NCBI GenBank assembly: GCA_043808325.1
Contig: JAZDEY010000037.1
Location: forward strand, 19,623 to 83,622
Direction: 5' to 3'
Source: Candidatus Eiseniibacteriota bacterium
GTDB taxonomy: Bacteria; Arandabacterota; Arandabacteria; Arandabacterales; Arandabacteraceae
Length of the DNA stretch: 64,000 bases
The position numbers were made by a program, and so were the translations under genes. Within the stretch, counting starts at the first letter, position 1. Each line of letters opens with the position of its first letter. Below the pieces are notes generated by a model that saw only the letters and a list, made by a program, of their open reading frames with translations, did no database searches and was not told the origin of the DNA. Shown one piece after another: positions 1-8,437 of this stretch.

Positions 1-1517
1 CTTGATCGCACCACTTTCAGCTTGTCGAGCCCCGTCCGCTTGCGATCTTCCTCCGACGATTCCTTGCGGAACTCCTTCCTTACGGGCGCTACCAGGAGCA
101 TATAGGGGCTCTCACGATCTATTTCGAAATAGTCGGACACCCTCTCCTGGGTTACCGAAGGGGCGAACGGTCGGAAACTCTCTCGGAACTTTATCTTCAG
201 GTTCATCGTTTCCTGCATCTTAGGCGACCTGGCGTCTCCGATGATGGACCGGCTCCCCAGGGCCCTCGGGCCGAACTCCATCCGTCCTTGAAACCACCCG
301 ACCACGTTCTCGCCGGCGATCAGATCGGCAACTCTGTCGGCGATGTCTTCATCGGGAACCAGGGTATATGGGATCTTGTTGCGCTCCAGGTAGTCCTTGA
401 TGTACGCACTGTCGAATTCCGGCCCGAGATAGGAGCCCTGCTGGAAGTCTTTCCTACCATCAGCGACTCTGCCGTTATTTAGATACTGATACCAAACAAG
501 CAGCGCGGCGCCCACGGCGCCACCAGCATCGCCGGCAGCAGGCTGTATCCAGATATTCTCGAAAGGCCCCTCGCGCAGTATCCGTCCGTTGCCCACGCAA
601 TTCAAGGCCACTCCGCCAGCGAGGCAGAGGTGCTTCTGTCCAGTCTCCTTATGCAGATGCCGTACCATGCGAAGCATGATTTCTTCGGTCACCTCTTGCA
701 TGGACCTGGCCACATCCATGTGCCGCTGGGTCAAAGGCGACTCCGGGCCCCGGGGGGGCCCTCCGAACAGCCGATCGAATTTCGCATTCGTCATGGTGAG
801 TCCCGCACCATAGTCGAAGTACTTCATATTGACCTTGAAGGACCCATCTTCCTTAAGATCAATCAGCTCTCGCAGGATCAAGTCCGTGCACGCGGGCTCG
901 CCGTACGGTGCCAGTCCCATCATTTTGTACTCGCCCGAATTGACCCTGAACCCGGTGTAGTAGGTGAAAGCAGAATAGAGCAGGCCCAAGGAATGCGGAA
1001 AACATATTTCCGCCAGAATGCGGACTTTGTTATCCTTTCCGATGCCGTAAGTCGTGGTCGGCCATTCACCCACCCCGTCTATCGTCAGGAAGGCAGCCTG
1101 CTGAAACGGCGAGGGGAAGAACGCCGACGCCGCATGGGATTCGTGGTGTTCCGGGAAGAGAATCTTACCCTCGTAGCCGAGTTGGGACCTGATCAGTTCC
1201 TTTATCCATAGCTTTTGCTTTATCCACATAGGGATGGCCTTCATGAATGAGCGTATCCCCACGGGTGCATACGCCAGATAGGTTTCCAGTATGCGCTCGA
1301 ACTTGAGGAAGGGCTTATCGTAGAAAGCCACAAAATCCAGATCCTTCCCCTCCAATCCGGAGCTCTGCAAACAGAAGCGAATAGCATTCTCGGGAAATGC
1401 AGAATCATGCTTCTTGCGAGTGAATCGCTCTTCCTGAGCAGCAGACACTATCTTGCCGTCTTGTACCAGGCAGGCTGCACTGTCATGGTAGAACGCTGAG
1501 ATCCCCAGAATGTTCAT
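1..1517 (-). CDS. Carbamoyltransferase, NodU/CmcH family (3'-truncated at window edge)
   Basis: Not in the ORF track because there is no stop in the window. Manual translation from ATG at 1517 gives MNILGISAFYHDSAACLVQDGKIVSAAQEERFTRKKHD, the typical N-terminus; the ESPYMLL motif lies near position 90-110. Confidence 0.93.
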   Translation of the reverse strand, partial: MNILGISAFYHDSAACLVQDGKIVSAAQEERFTRKKHDSAFPENAIRFCLQSSGLEGKDLDFVAFYDKPFLKFERILETYLAYAPVGIRSFMKAIPMWIKQKLWIKELIRSQLGYEGKILFPEHHESHAASAFFPSPFQQAAFLTIDGVGEWPTTTYGIGKDNKVRILAEICFPHSLGLLYSAFTYYTGFRVNSGEYKMMGLAPYGEPACTDLILRELIDLKEDGSFKVNMKYFDYGAGLTMTNAKFDRLFGGPPRGPESPLTQRHMDVARSMQEVTEEIMLRMVRHLHKETGQKHLCLAGGVALNCVGNGRILREGPFENIWIQPAAGDAGGAVGAALLVWYQYLNNGRVADGRKDFQQGSYLGPEFDSAYIKDYLERNKIPYTLVPDEDIADRVADLIAGENVVGWFQGRMEFGPRALGSRSIIGDARSPKMQETMNLKIKFRESFRPFAPSVTQERVSDYFEIDRESPYMLLVAPVRKEFRKESSEEDRKRTGLDKLKVVRS

Positions 1518-1656
1518 ATAACCTCTTCTTCAATGGTGCCTTACCGGCATTATCGGCAGATCGCGGCAGTCTATTGAGATGCCAGTTCCCAGCAATGTCG
1601 CATCGCTCGGCCGCCAATCATCTCGACGGGTGTAACCTGCCAAAAACCTGTCGGCA

Positions 1657-1685
1657 AGCATAATCAAACCTTCGCCCGAAGTCAA
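1657..1685 (-). promoter_or_regulatory. sigma70-type promoter upstream of the carbamoyltransferase
   Basis: Minus strand TTGACT (1685-1680), 17-bp spacer, TATGCT (1662-1657). Confidence 0.55.
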
Positions 1686-1755
1686 ACACGTCTCCATCCG
1701 AGAAGAACGGCTCAGTGATCGACCGCAGCCGGCGCCAACCTAACCCCAACCGGCC

Positions 1756-1793
1756 AAAAAAGAGCGGGAAAGAGCCAATCGCCTCTTCCCGCT
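1756..1793 (-). terminator. Rho-independent terminator
   Basis: Minus strand AGCGGGAAGAG pairs with CTCTTTCCCGCT (11 bp, one bulge), followed by CTTTTTT. Confidence 0.75.
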
Positions 1794-1928
1794 GTATGCT
1801 CTTCTATCGTGGACCATCCGCAATGCCACAGGATACCTGCCCTCAAAAGGCTCCAAAGATGCCCTTGGGATCTTGGCGTTCCCATAGCAATCTTACTCTG
1901 GCGACTGCTCCCTTCTTTTCCATCTACC
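1756..1928 (-). ncRNA. Candidate small RNA of about 170 nt, unknown family
   Basis: Bracketed by a good promoter (1934-1962) and an intrinsic terminator (1756-1793); several internal hairpins; only a 26-codon ORF inside. Confidence 0.4.
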
Positions 1929-1933
1929 CCTGA

Positions 1934-1962
1934 AGTATAGCACACAACTTGTGCTAAGGCAA
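1934..1962 (-). promoter_or_regulatory. sigma70 promoter with extended -10 and an inverted repeat in the spacer
   Basis: TTGCCT (1962-1957), 17 bp, TATACT (1939-1934) preceded by TG-c; TAGCACA-N5-TGTGCTA at 1938-1956. Confidence 0.65.
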
Positions 1963-2037
1963 GCTGTTGCGCCGTTCTAGGATTCGGCTCTTGACCAAGT
2001 CGTCTCGAGGGAAAGCAAGGTGCCACGGGGAGCCCCG

Positions 2038-3561
2038 TCACCCCGACCGGGCGGAATCGCTCCGCGCCACCAACTGCCTCGCTCGGACCAGGATCCGGCG
2101 TGCCTCTCCATAGACTTTGTCCCTCTCCTCGACCGATATGATCCACGTTTTGCGGATGCAGATGTACACGATCAGGCCCACGATCGGAACCGCCAGAAGA
2201 GGCGGCATCAGCAAGACAAAGGCCAGCAGGCACGTGACCACCGTTCGCTTGGTCACGGGGAGCCCGAACCTGTGGCACAAGGCGACAACGATACACCACA
2301 TCAGAAAGTAAGACACCATTGTGGCGACTGCAGCTCCGACCATGCCCAGGCGCGGAATCAGCAGGAGGTTGAGAATGATGGTAGCCGGCATTGCAATTGA
2401 GAACGCTATCGCGGAAACATACGTCTTCTCAATCAGGGGCGGATAGACACCAAACAACCAAACCAGTGTCGTGTAAAGGTAGAAGACTACCAAGAACGGC
2501 AGCACTCTTGCGCCCGGAGCGTAGTCGGCGCCCAGCACCACCGTTATGAACCACTTCCCGAGCACCACCAGAACCAGGCCTATCACAAGCAGGATGATCG
2601 CAGTAACCCTCAGGGCACCGTCCAGATCCTTCAGGGCCTTCTCCCTTTGACCCATCTCCCAGGTTGCGCTCAGGTGGGGGTAAACTACATTGCAGATCGC
2701 GAGTCCGACCGCAGACATGCTCTCGCTCAGGTTGACCGTGGCCGAATAGATCCCCTGATCCGACGTGTTCATCAGATGCTGAAGGCTGAACCTGTCGACA
2801 TACTGAAAGATCTGAGCGAGGATCGGGGTGACCGCAAACCAGACTGTGAACCTCAGCAGACGCCGATAGAATGCGGTCTCTACTATCGCTTCGGGCACCG
2901 GCTCCACGGACCTCGCGTACCGCAGCAGTAGGGGGAGAAAAATCACCACAGCGCCAAAAGCCGAGATCACAAAACCAAGAATCCCCATGGCCGCCGACCG
3001 GGATACCACCACCAACGCAATCCCTGCAACCGCATAGATGGCAACCTGGCCGGATTCGGCCAGGCGGCCGGCTCGAAAGAGCTTCAGTCCCATAAATGTA
3101 CTGGTCAGGTTTCGCAGCAGAAGGAACGCCGGTATACCCATGGCGCTAACGATAATAACGTCAGTGTGTGACGCGTTTCCGTAAATCAGTCTTGAGAAGA
3201 AAGACGGTCTGACCAGTACTACTGCGGTCAGCAGCACCGACAGGGCAATGGTAAGGACGTAGGTCTTCCTAAGGTAGGATCGAAGTCCCCCCCTCATCGC
3301 GTAACGAGGGGCATACCTCATGAACGCTGACGGAACACCGAGGCTCGCGATCATACCCAGCAGGGGGACAAGGAAGAGGCCCAGCGTATAGATTCCGTAC
3401 TCAGTGGTCCCGAGCAGTCGCGCAAAGACTATTCCCCTTGCGAACGAGACCACCCTATCGATAAACACCAGGAAAAGGACCAAACCGATAGAGGCCGCCA
3501 TCCGGTCCTTTGACAGGAACCAGCCTTGGAGTCCCTTGCTTTCCTCTGTGGAGGGCTGCAT
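2038..3561 (-). CDS. wzx: Wzx-type oligosaccharide flippase (MOP superfamily)
   Basis: 507 aa, about 12-14 hydrophobic segments, ARLLGTTEYGIY N-terminal and LIPRLGMVGAAVAT C-terminal patterns, polysaccharide locus context. Confidence 0.85.
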   Translation of the reverse strand: MQPSTEESKGLQGWFLSKDRMAASIGLVLFLVFIDRVVSFARGIVFARLLGTTEYGIYTLGLFLVPLLGMIASLGVPSAFMRYAPRYAMRGGLRSYLRKTYVLTIALSVLLTAVVLVRPSFFSRLIYGNASHTDVIIVSAMGIPAFLLLRNLTSTFMGLKLFRAGRLAESGQVAIYAVAGIALVVVSRSAAMGILGFVISAFGAVVIFLPLLLRYARSVEPVPEAIVETAFYRRLLRFTVWFAVTPILAQIFQYVDRFSLQHLMNTSDQGIYSATVNLSESMSAVGLAICNVVYPHLSATWEMGQREKALKDLDGALRVTAIILLVIGLVLVVLGKWFITVVLGADYAPGARVLPFLVVFYLYTTLVWLFGVYPPLIEKTYVSAIAFSIAMPATIILNLLLIPRLGMVGAAVATMVSYFLMWCIVVALCHRFGLPVTKRTVVTCLLAFVLLMPPLLAVPIVGLIVYICIRKTWIISVEERDKVYGEARRILVRARQLVARSDSARSG

Positions 3562-3570
3562 AGATAGAGG

Positions 3571-3600
3571 ATACTATTGATCGAAGGCGGAGGCTGTCAA
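3571..3600 (-). promoter_or_regulatory. sigma70 promoter for the flippase, nearly leaderless
   Basis: TTGACA (3600-3595), 18 bp, TAGTAT (3576-3571); only 9 nt to the ATG and no SD. Confidence 0.5.
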
Positions 3601-3726
3601 CATCATTCCGGCGCTTCGCGGAAATAGAACGGGGCTGCGGGAACGAGGAGGGCGAGGGTGGTGCCCGCGCCGCAGACCTTACTGCATCGAACTCGGGGCG
3701 CGCTTCGATCCTCGGGATCATCGGGC

Positions 3727-3756
3727 TTTACATCCGTCCCCCCCGTGTGCTACCCT
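3727..3756 (+). promoter_or_regulatory. Possible sigma70 promoter for the GT4-deacetylase-ligase operon
   Basis: TTTACA (3727-3732), 18 bp, TG-c-TACCCT (3751-3756). Confidence 0.4.
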
Positions 3757-3850
3757 TCACCTCTGGCTGGCAAGCGTGCAGTCTGCCGCGGCCCGATCGC
3801 GGCAGCGGCACGAGGCAGCGCTTCCGGGCGGGCTCGCAAGAAGGTATCGG

Positions 3851-5035
3851 ATGGCAAAGCGGCAAATCGAAGCAAGCGGCAGGAAGATCAGAGTCTGCCT
3901 CGTGATTCCCAAACTGGAAATGGGTGGAGCCGAGGTCGAGGTGCTATGCCTTATCAGGCACCTGGATAAGTCCCGCTTCGACGTATCCCTGCTATGCCTT
4001 GCCTCAGGAGACTGTGAAATGGAAAGAGAGGCCCGGCAGCACCTCGAGGCCTTTGCCACGGTTGGATTCCGCTCGAGGTACTTTCCGCTGTCCTTCGCCA
4101 AAATGGTCGCCTGGCTTCGTCGTGGCAGTTATGACGTCGTTCACTGCCATTTGCCTGTCGCCGATGTGATAGGCAGATTTGCAGGCTGGTTTGCGGGGGT
4201 CCCCGTGCTCGTCACGACGGAGCACGGGAAATACATCTGTAAGGCCTGGTACCACCTGCTCTTGGATCGCTTGCTTGATCCCCTGACCGGCATGCGAATA
4301 TGCGTGAGTCAGGACATCCTGGACATTCGCGCCCGGCGCGAGGGCACCCCTCTATCCAAGCTAGTCCGAATCCCCAACGGTATTGAGACCATGAAGTTTA
4401 GAAGCCCCGGGAGAGACCGGGCGTCGGTAATGGCTGAGTTCGGCTGGGCGGCTCCGGATCCTTTGGTTATATCAGTGGGACGGCTCGCGCCTGAAAAGAA
4501 TCATGGAGTGCTCCTCGAAGCGATTGCTCGGATTGGCCCTAGGCACCCTCAGGCGAGATGCTTGCTGGTCGGCAGCGGGCCGTGCAGCGCCGAGATTCTC
4601 GCTGAGGTCGACTCCCTGGGCCTCACGGGCCGGGTGAAGTTGGCCGGCTCCCGCAATGATGTTCCCGATCTGCTCGCGGCCGCAGACATATTTGTTCTTG
4701 CATCACTCAAGGAGGGCCTGCCGGTCTCGTTGCTCGAAGCAATGGCCGCCGGAAAGGCGGTAGTGGTCACATCGGTTGGCGGCATGCCCGAGGTAATCAC
4801 TGATGGCGACAATGGGCTGGTCGTCCCTTGCGGAGACACAGACGCGCTTGCGGATGCGATCGACAGACTCCTGCGGGACGGAGATCTCCGAAAGGCCTTT
4901 GGGGAGGCCGTGAGAGCCAAGGCTGAGAAGGAATTCGACATCCAGCACGTGGCGGATGAGATCGGGCGTGTCTACACCGACCTTTACGGGAGAAAGCGGC
5001 GGGTCAGAGGGCTACGCGACAAGGAGGCCGAATGA
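3851..5035 (+). CDS. Glycosyltransferase family 4
   Basis: GGAEVEV N-terminal motif, SVGRLAPEKNH, SLKEGLPVSLLEAMA. ATG 3851 preferred; the ORF track opens at 3776. Confidence 0.92.
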   Translation: MAKRQIEASGRKIRVCLVIPKLEMGGAEVEVLCLIRHLDKSRFDVSLLCLASGDCEMEREARQHLEAFATVGFRSRYFPLSFAKMVAWLRRGSYDVVHCHLPVADVIGRFAGWFAGVPVLVTTEHGKYICKAWYHLLLDRLLDPLTGMRICVSQDILDIRARREGTPLSKLVRIPNGIETMKFRSPGRDRASVMAEFGWAAPDPLVISVGRLAPEKNHGVLLEAIARIGPRHPQARCLLVGSGPCSAEILAEVDSLGLTGRVKLAGSRNDVPDLLAAADIFVLASLKEGLPVSLLEAMAAGKAVVVTSVGGMPEVITDGDNGLVVPCGDTDALADAIDRLLRDGDLRKAFGEAVRAKAEKEFDIQHVADEIGRVYTDLYGRKRRVRGLRDKEAE

Positions 5036-6225
5036 GCCCTCAAGGAATCCCGGTTGTGATGTACCACAGCGTGGGCAGAGATAGGCCCGATTGGATATGG
5101 AATTACTTGATTACGCCCGCCGACATCTTCGATGGCCAGATGCGGCTCCTCAAGGAGTCGGGGTGGACCGCAATCTCGCTGGATGTTCTCCATTCCCATA
5201 TGTCCAAGGGCACGCCGGTCCCGGAGAGATCGGTGGTCCTGACCTTCGACGACGGATACGTGGATAATTGGGTGTACGCCTTCCCGATTCTCCGGAAATA
5301 CGGCCATCATGCCGTCATCTGGGTCAGCACGGATTTTGTCGATCCTTGCAAGGAGCCCCGGCTGAACCTCGAGGATGTCTGGGCCGGTAAGATCGGCGAG
5401 GATCGGCTGGATCCGCGGGGTTACCTCTCTTGGGCCGAAATGGGAGAGATGGTACGAGGAGGCCTCATAGAGGTACAGAGCCATGCCAAGACACACACCT
5501 GGTACCCCAGCGGTCCTGAGATTATCGACTATCACAGACCCATAGGGATCGACGGCTATCAGTTCCCCCCCTGGCTCGCCTGGAATCGGTTCCCCGAAAG
5601 AAAGTACCAGAGCCTGAGTGTCAGGCTGGATCAGGAGATTCCATATGGGACACCGATCTACAGTCATCAGAAGTCTCTCGTAGTCCGTCGCTACGTCGAG
5701 GATGCGGACCTCACTGCCCACCTCACCCAGGAAGTGAGCACAAACGGCGGGTCGCAGTTCTTCGAGCGGCCTGGCTGGTGGGAAAAGCTGCGCGCGATTA
5801 CGGATACCCCCCGGGCGGACAGATTCGAGACCGACGAAGAACATCAGGCCAGGGTGACGGATGAGTTGACCGAATCACGGAGGCTGATTGAAGACAACCT
5901 CGGAACCGCGGTCAGTTTCCTGTGTTGGCCTGGAGGCGGCTATGACCCTGTGACGCTTAAAATCGCCCGTCAAGCGGGCTATCTGGCGACAACGACCCAT
6001 TACGAGGATCGCAACAGACGAAACGTGCCTGGCCAGAATCCAAGTGAGATCAACCGAATGGGATGCGGGGCGCCTTGTGTATGGCGAGGACGAGTCTTCC
6101 GCCGGACCGACCCGGAGTTCTTTCTGGCGGGGCTGCAATATTTCGCCGGAGACCGAAAATCGTTGTGGAAACTGCGCCGGCTTAAGTTAAAATACCTGGC
6201 ACGGTACACCTTGAGGGGACAGTGA
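5032..6225 (+). CDS. Polysaccharide deacetylase (CE4/NodB, IcaB/PgaB-like) with a large insertion
   Basis: VMYHSV, LTFDDGY, QSHAKTH and LCWPGG motifs; ATGA overlap with the GT4 stop. Confidence 0.88.
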   Translation: MSPQGIPVVMYHSVGRDRPDWIWNYLITPADIFDGQMRLLKESGWTAISLDVLHSHMSKGTPVPERSVVLTFDDGYVDNWVYAFPILRKYGHHAVIWVSTDFVDPCKEPRLNLEDVWAGKIGEDRLDPRGYLSWAEMGEMVRGGLIEVQSHAKTHTWYPSGPEIIDYHRPIGIDGYQFPPWLAWNRFPERKYQSLSVRLDQEIPYGTPIYSHQKSLVVRRYVEDADLTAHLTQEVSTNGGSQFFERPGWWEKLRAITDTPRADRFETDEEHQARVTDELTESRRLIEDNLGTAVSFLCWPGGGYDPVTLKIARQAGYLATTTHYEDRNRRNVPGQNPSEINRMGCGAPCVWRGRVFRRTDPEFFLAGLQYFAGDRKSLWKLRRLKLKYLARYTLRGQ

Positions 6226-6249
6226 TAATCTAGCAAGAGGATCCGAATC

Positions 6250-7971
6250 ATGTTGCCGCCTCTTTCACAGGCTTTGGTCAGGCACTTCATATATCCCATC
6301 TATCGTGGCCTGCGCCACGACCGGCTGACTGAGATCCGACGGGATGCCGAGAAACATCAGTGGCTATCTTCCGAGGATCTCGAGACCCTTCAGTGGCGGC
6401 GGATAGCCGATTTTCTCGCGCAGATCACTACCCACGTACCCCACTACCACAATCTCTTCAAGGAAGCCGGGCTTGATCCTAGAGCGATACGCAGCCCAAA
6501 GGATTTCCTGAGTATCCCATTGCTTACAAAGCAAGACATTCGTCGTGTGGGAAGCCGCATCATCACCCAGGACCCTTCGAGGAGAGGCTTTAAGTCCAAC
6601 ACCAGCGGCTCGACCGGAGAGCCTCTTTTCTTCTACTGTGACGTGTCCGCAGGGCCCTTGAGGCGAGCATTCAGCGCGCTCGGCTATCGGTGGGCCGGAA
6701 TCGACATCGGAGACCGGATTGCTTACATATCAGGTTTCAATCTCGACAAACCCTTGAAAGAGCGTTTGGCGGACGGGGTAAAGAACTACTTCAACAACAG
6801 GGCTTTCCTTTCATCCTTCAACATGTCCGAGGCAAGGATGCAGAAATACGCCGGGATGCTGGGGGCATTCAAGCCTGACGCGATAGACGGCTATCCCTCA
6901 GCGGTTGCATTGTTTGCTGAGTACTGCAAGAGCCATCGGATTGCGGGGATCAAGCCGCGGGCGGTCTTTGCGAGCGGCGAGAAGGGTTATCCCCATCAGA
7001 GTCAGGCCATAAAGGAGATCTTCGATTGTCCTCTGTTCGATAGATACGGGAGTAACGAATTCTCCATAACTGCGCAGGAATGCGAGCAGCACAACGGGCT
7101 GCACCTCCTTAATCAATTCCTCTATGTGGAGGTAATCCACGAGAGCGGCCGCCCGGCCGGGAGCGGTGAGATCGGAGAGATCGTCGTGACTGACCTTTCC
7201 AATCTCTACATGCCGTTCCTGAGATATCGTACCGGCGATCTCGCGGTTCCTACGGTAAGGAAGTGCCCGTGTGGGAGAGGCTCTCCCCTTCTGGATCGAA
7301 TCGAAGGCCGCACGTTCGACGTCGTGGTAACCGCGGACGGCAAGGCCGCAGGTGGTTATTTCTGGACCTATCTGTCGAGGTTCGTCCCCGGCATCAAGCA
7401 GTTCCAGATAGAACAGCGGGATCGGACCGGAGTGACCTTCAGGATAGTCCGTGGACCGGATTGGAAAGACCAGTATACCCGAGATCTTGAGAGAAAAATC
7501 AAGGAGAACCTGGGCGAGGAATTCAAGACCAGCTTCGAGATGGTCGATGACATTCCGCTGACCCCAGCCGGTAAGTTCAGGTTCATCTGGTCCAAGATCG
7601 CCGAGCGGCTCGTGGTTAAGTCCAAGATCCATAAGGCGACCGTCACCGGATCGGCACCGGACGGGATCGATTGCATCGTCGTCGACGAGGAACTCCTCGA
7701 ACTCAGCAATCTCGCGCCTTTCGAGAGGGTCCTGGTTGTCGACAACGTTAACGGCGCACGGGTCGAGACGTTCGTCGCAAAGGGCAAGAGAGGAAGCGGG
7801 GAGGTTGTGATATCGGGAGCCGGCGTACATCATATCGGCATTGGCGATGAGATAATCATCATGGCCTTTGCGTGGTCTGAGGAACCTGACAGCGTCTTTA
7901 AGAACATCCTCGTGGATGATAGGAATCGCTTCGTCCGTTACCTGGTCGAAGTTGCCGGCGAGAGGCTGTAG
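6250..7971 (+). CDS. PaaK/CapK-like adenylate-forming ligase fused to a C-terminal PanD-like domain
   Basis: ANL motifs TSGSTGEP, YGSNE, RYRTGD, EGR, TPAGKF. From about residue 451 (nt about 7600), KSKIHKATVT...DNVNGARVETF...GKRGSG...GDEIIIMAF aligns without gaps to PanD over positions 3-93. Confidence 0.88.
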   Translation: MLPPLSQALVRHFIYPIYRGLRHDRLTEIRRDAEKHQWLSSEDLETLQWRRIADFLAQITTHVPHYHNLFKEAGLDPRAIRSPKDFLSIPLLTKQDIRRVGSRIITQDPSRRGFKSNTSGSTGEPLFFYCDVSAGPLRRAFSALGYRWAGIDIGDRIAYISGFNLDKPLKERLADGVKNYFNNRAFLSSFNMSEARMQKYAGMLGAFKPDAIDGYPSAVALFAEYCKSHRIAGIKPRAVFASGEKGYPHQSQAIKEIFDCPLFDRYGSNEFSITAQECEQHNGLHLLNQFLYVEVIHESGRPAGSGEIGEIVVTDLSNLYMPFLRYRTGDLAVPTVRKCPCGRGSPLLDRIEGRTFDVVVTADGKAAGGYFWTYLSRFVPGIKQFQIEQRDRTGVTFRIVRGPDWKDQYTRDLERKIKENLGEEFKTSFEMVDDIPLTPAGKFRFIWSKIAERLVVKSKIHKATVTGSAPDGIDCIVVDEELLELSNLAPFERVLVVDNVNGARVETFVAKGKRGSGEVVISGAGVHHIGIGDEIIIMAFAWSEEPDSVFKNILVDDRNRFVRYLVEVAGERL

Positions 7972-8009
7972 GCAGTCCCGGATTGTTGTACGCGGAGCGC
8001 CGACTTGTG

Positions 8010-8018
8010 TGATATACT
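8010..8018 (+). promoter_or_regulatory. Extended -10 promoter upstream of the stand-alone panD-like gene
   Basis: TG-a-TATACT at 8010-8018; no well-spaced -35. Confidence 0.45.
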
Positions 8019-8070
8019 GAGTGTCGGAAGAATAGGTGCACCGCGTTCGGATGATCGAAAGTGAGTGGCA

Positions 8071-8430
8071 ATGAAACGACTGCTTCTCAAGTCAATGATC
8101 CTGAAGGCCACGGTAACCCAGGCTGACCTACGTTATGTGGGCAGTATCACCATAGACCAGGATCTGATCGGCAAGAGCAATCTGAGTGAGAACGAGAACG
8201 TCCTGGTGGTCGATCGGACCAACGGAAACAGACTCCAGACCTATGTGATCAAGGGTGAACGCGGAAGCGGTACAATATGCATGAACGGAGCCGCGGCACA
8301 TCTGATCAACCAGGGCGACACGATTGACATAATGGCTTTCACTTGGTCCGGCACCAACCTCCAGCCTCTTTTCATCGCCGTTGACGAGCGCAACCGTTTC
8401 GTGCGCTATGTCGAGCCCGGCAATATCTGA
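8071..8430 (+). CDS. panD: Aspartate 1-decarboxylase-like (PanD family) pyruvoyl proenzyme, atypical
   Basis: Starting at ATG 8071 the numbering matches E. coli PanD: Y22-V-G24-S25, R54, T57, Y58, N72GAAAH. K9, H11 and I86 are replaced by M, L and D. Confidence 0.9.
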   Translation: MKRLLLKSMILKATVTQADLRYVGSITIDQDLIGKSNLSENENVLVVDRTNGNRLQTYVIKGERGSGTICMNGAAAHLINQGDTIDIMAFTWSGTNLQPLFIAVDERNRFVRYVEPGNI

Positions 8431-8437
8431 GCGAGAA

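Noticed and set aside
1756-1928. Known riboswitch (c-di-GMP, ZTP, fluoride, TPP, cobalamin, PyrR site) or type I toxin in the candidate sRNA
   Set aside because: Their consensus motifs were not found by eye, and the short peptide is not hydrophobic.
7600-7971. Fused PanD domain as a decaying pseudogene remnant or assembly artefact
   Set aside because: In frame, aligned without gaps over positions 3-93, synonymously diverged from its paralogue, and its substitutions fall non-randomly on active-site positions.
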